Of a DNA stretch of 64,000 nt, positions 63,875 through 64,000 are shown one piece after another. Position 1 is the first letter of the stretch; the number at the start of each line of letters is the position of its first letter. The stretch lies in assembly GCF_964204865.1 (NCBI RefSeq), contig NC_135257.1, positions 18,352,001 to 18,416,000 of the forward strand, given 5' to 3'. Below the pieces are notes generated by a model. That model worked only from the letters and a program-made list of their open reading frames with translations, did not search any database and was not told where the DNA came from. This DNA comes from Styela clava. Lineage: Eukaryota. A program made the translations under genes and the position numbers.

Positions 63875-64000
63875 GTGAGAATGTAAAGTGTTGATTGGAA
63901 GATTTGAAACATTGCTAATTTTTTATGTTTGTTCATTTTTTACCAATGAACAGTCGAAAGCCACCGCGTAGTTATTAGGGAAATTGAGAGACTTTCAAAC

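Larger units (their letters stand above)
28294..64000 (+). repeat. Tandem segmental duplication: unit A starts ~28294, unit B starts ~49441 and continues past the window end
   Basis: Collinear anchors: 28294~49441, 28950~50150, 30320~54115, 30470~55570, 34290~55720, 35200~57480, 39000~57810, 40711~59604, 44941~63874. Confidence 0.93.

Overview
AT-rich animal genomic DNA with GT-AG introns. It is an invertebrate; the lectin style and repeat families suggest a tunicate (inference). The left half holds an intronless PPC/DUF296 gene (+) and a co-oriented minus-strand block: a 6-exon EXOSC4/Rrp41, three tandem intronless thiopurine-S-methyltransferase-like genes, and a 2-exon FBXL6. The right half is a ~19-21 kb tandem duplication. 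Each unit has a FBXL6 5' end (intact in unit A, truncated with a stop codon in unit B) and a multi-exon secreted protein gene that the ORF track shows only as fragments. Copy A reconstructs to 13 exons and 543 aa: signal peptide, atypical C-type lectin domain, 3 selectin-type 6-Cys sushi/CCP domains, a WAP domain, a short dibasic-flanked hydrophobic linker and 2 Cys-rich repeats. The two copies are almost identical in the CCP exons but differ almost only by amino-acid-changing substitutions in the lectin exons. This is the best candidate for an undescribed, diversifying immune/recognition system. The window also holds many, often nested, transposons: a tRNA-derived SINE, hAT MITEs, Tc1/pogo MITEs, Merlin-like MITEs, Helentron/HINE-like elements, a decayed P element and a probable Academ remnant. 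Several have matching empty sites in the paralogous unit. All exon models were derived by hand from splice signals and reading frame, without database searches.
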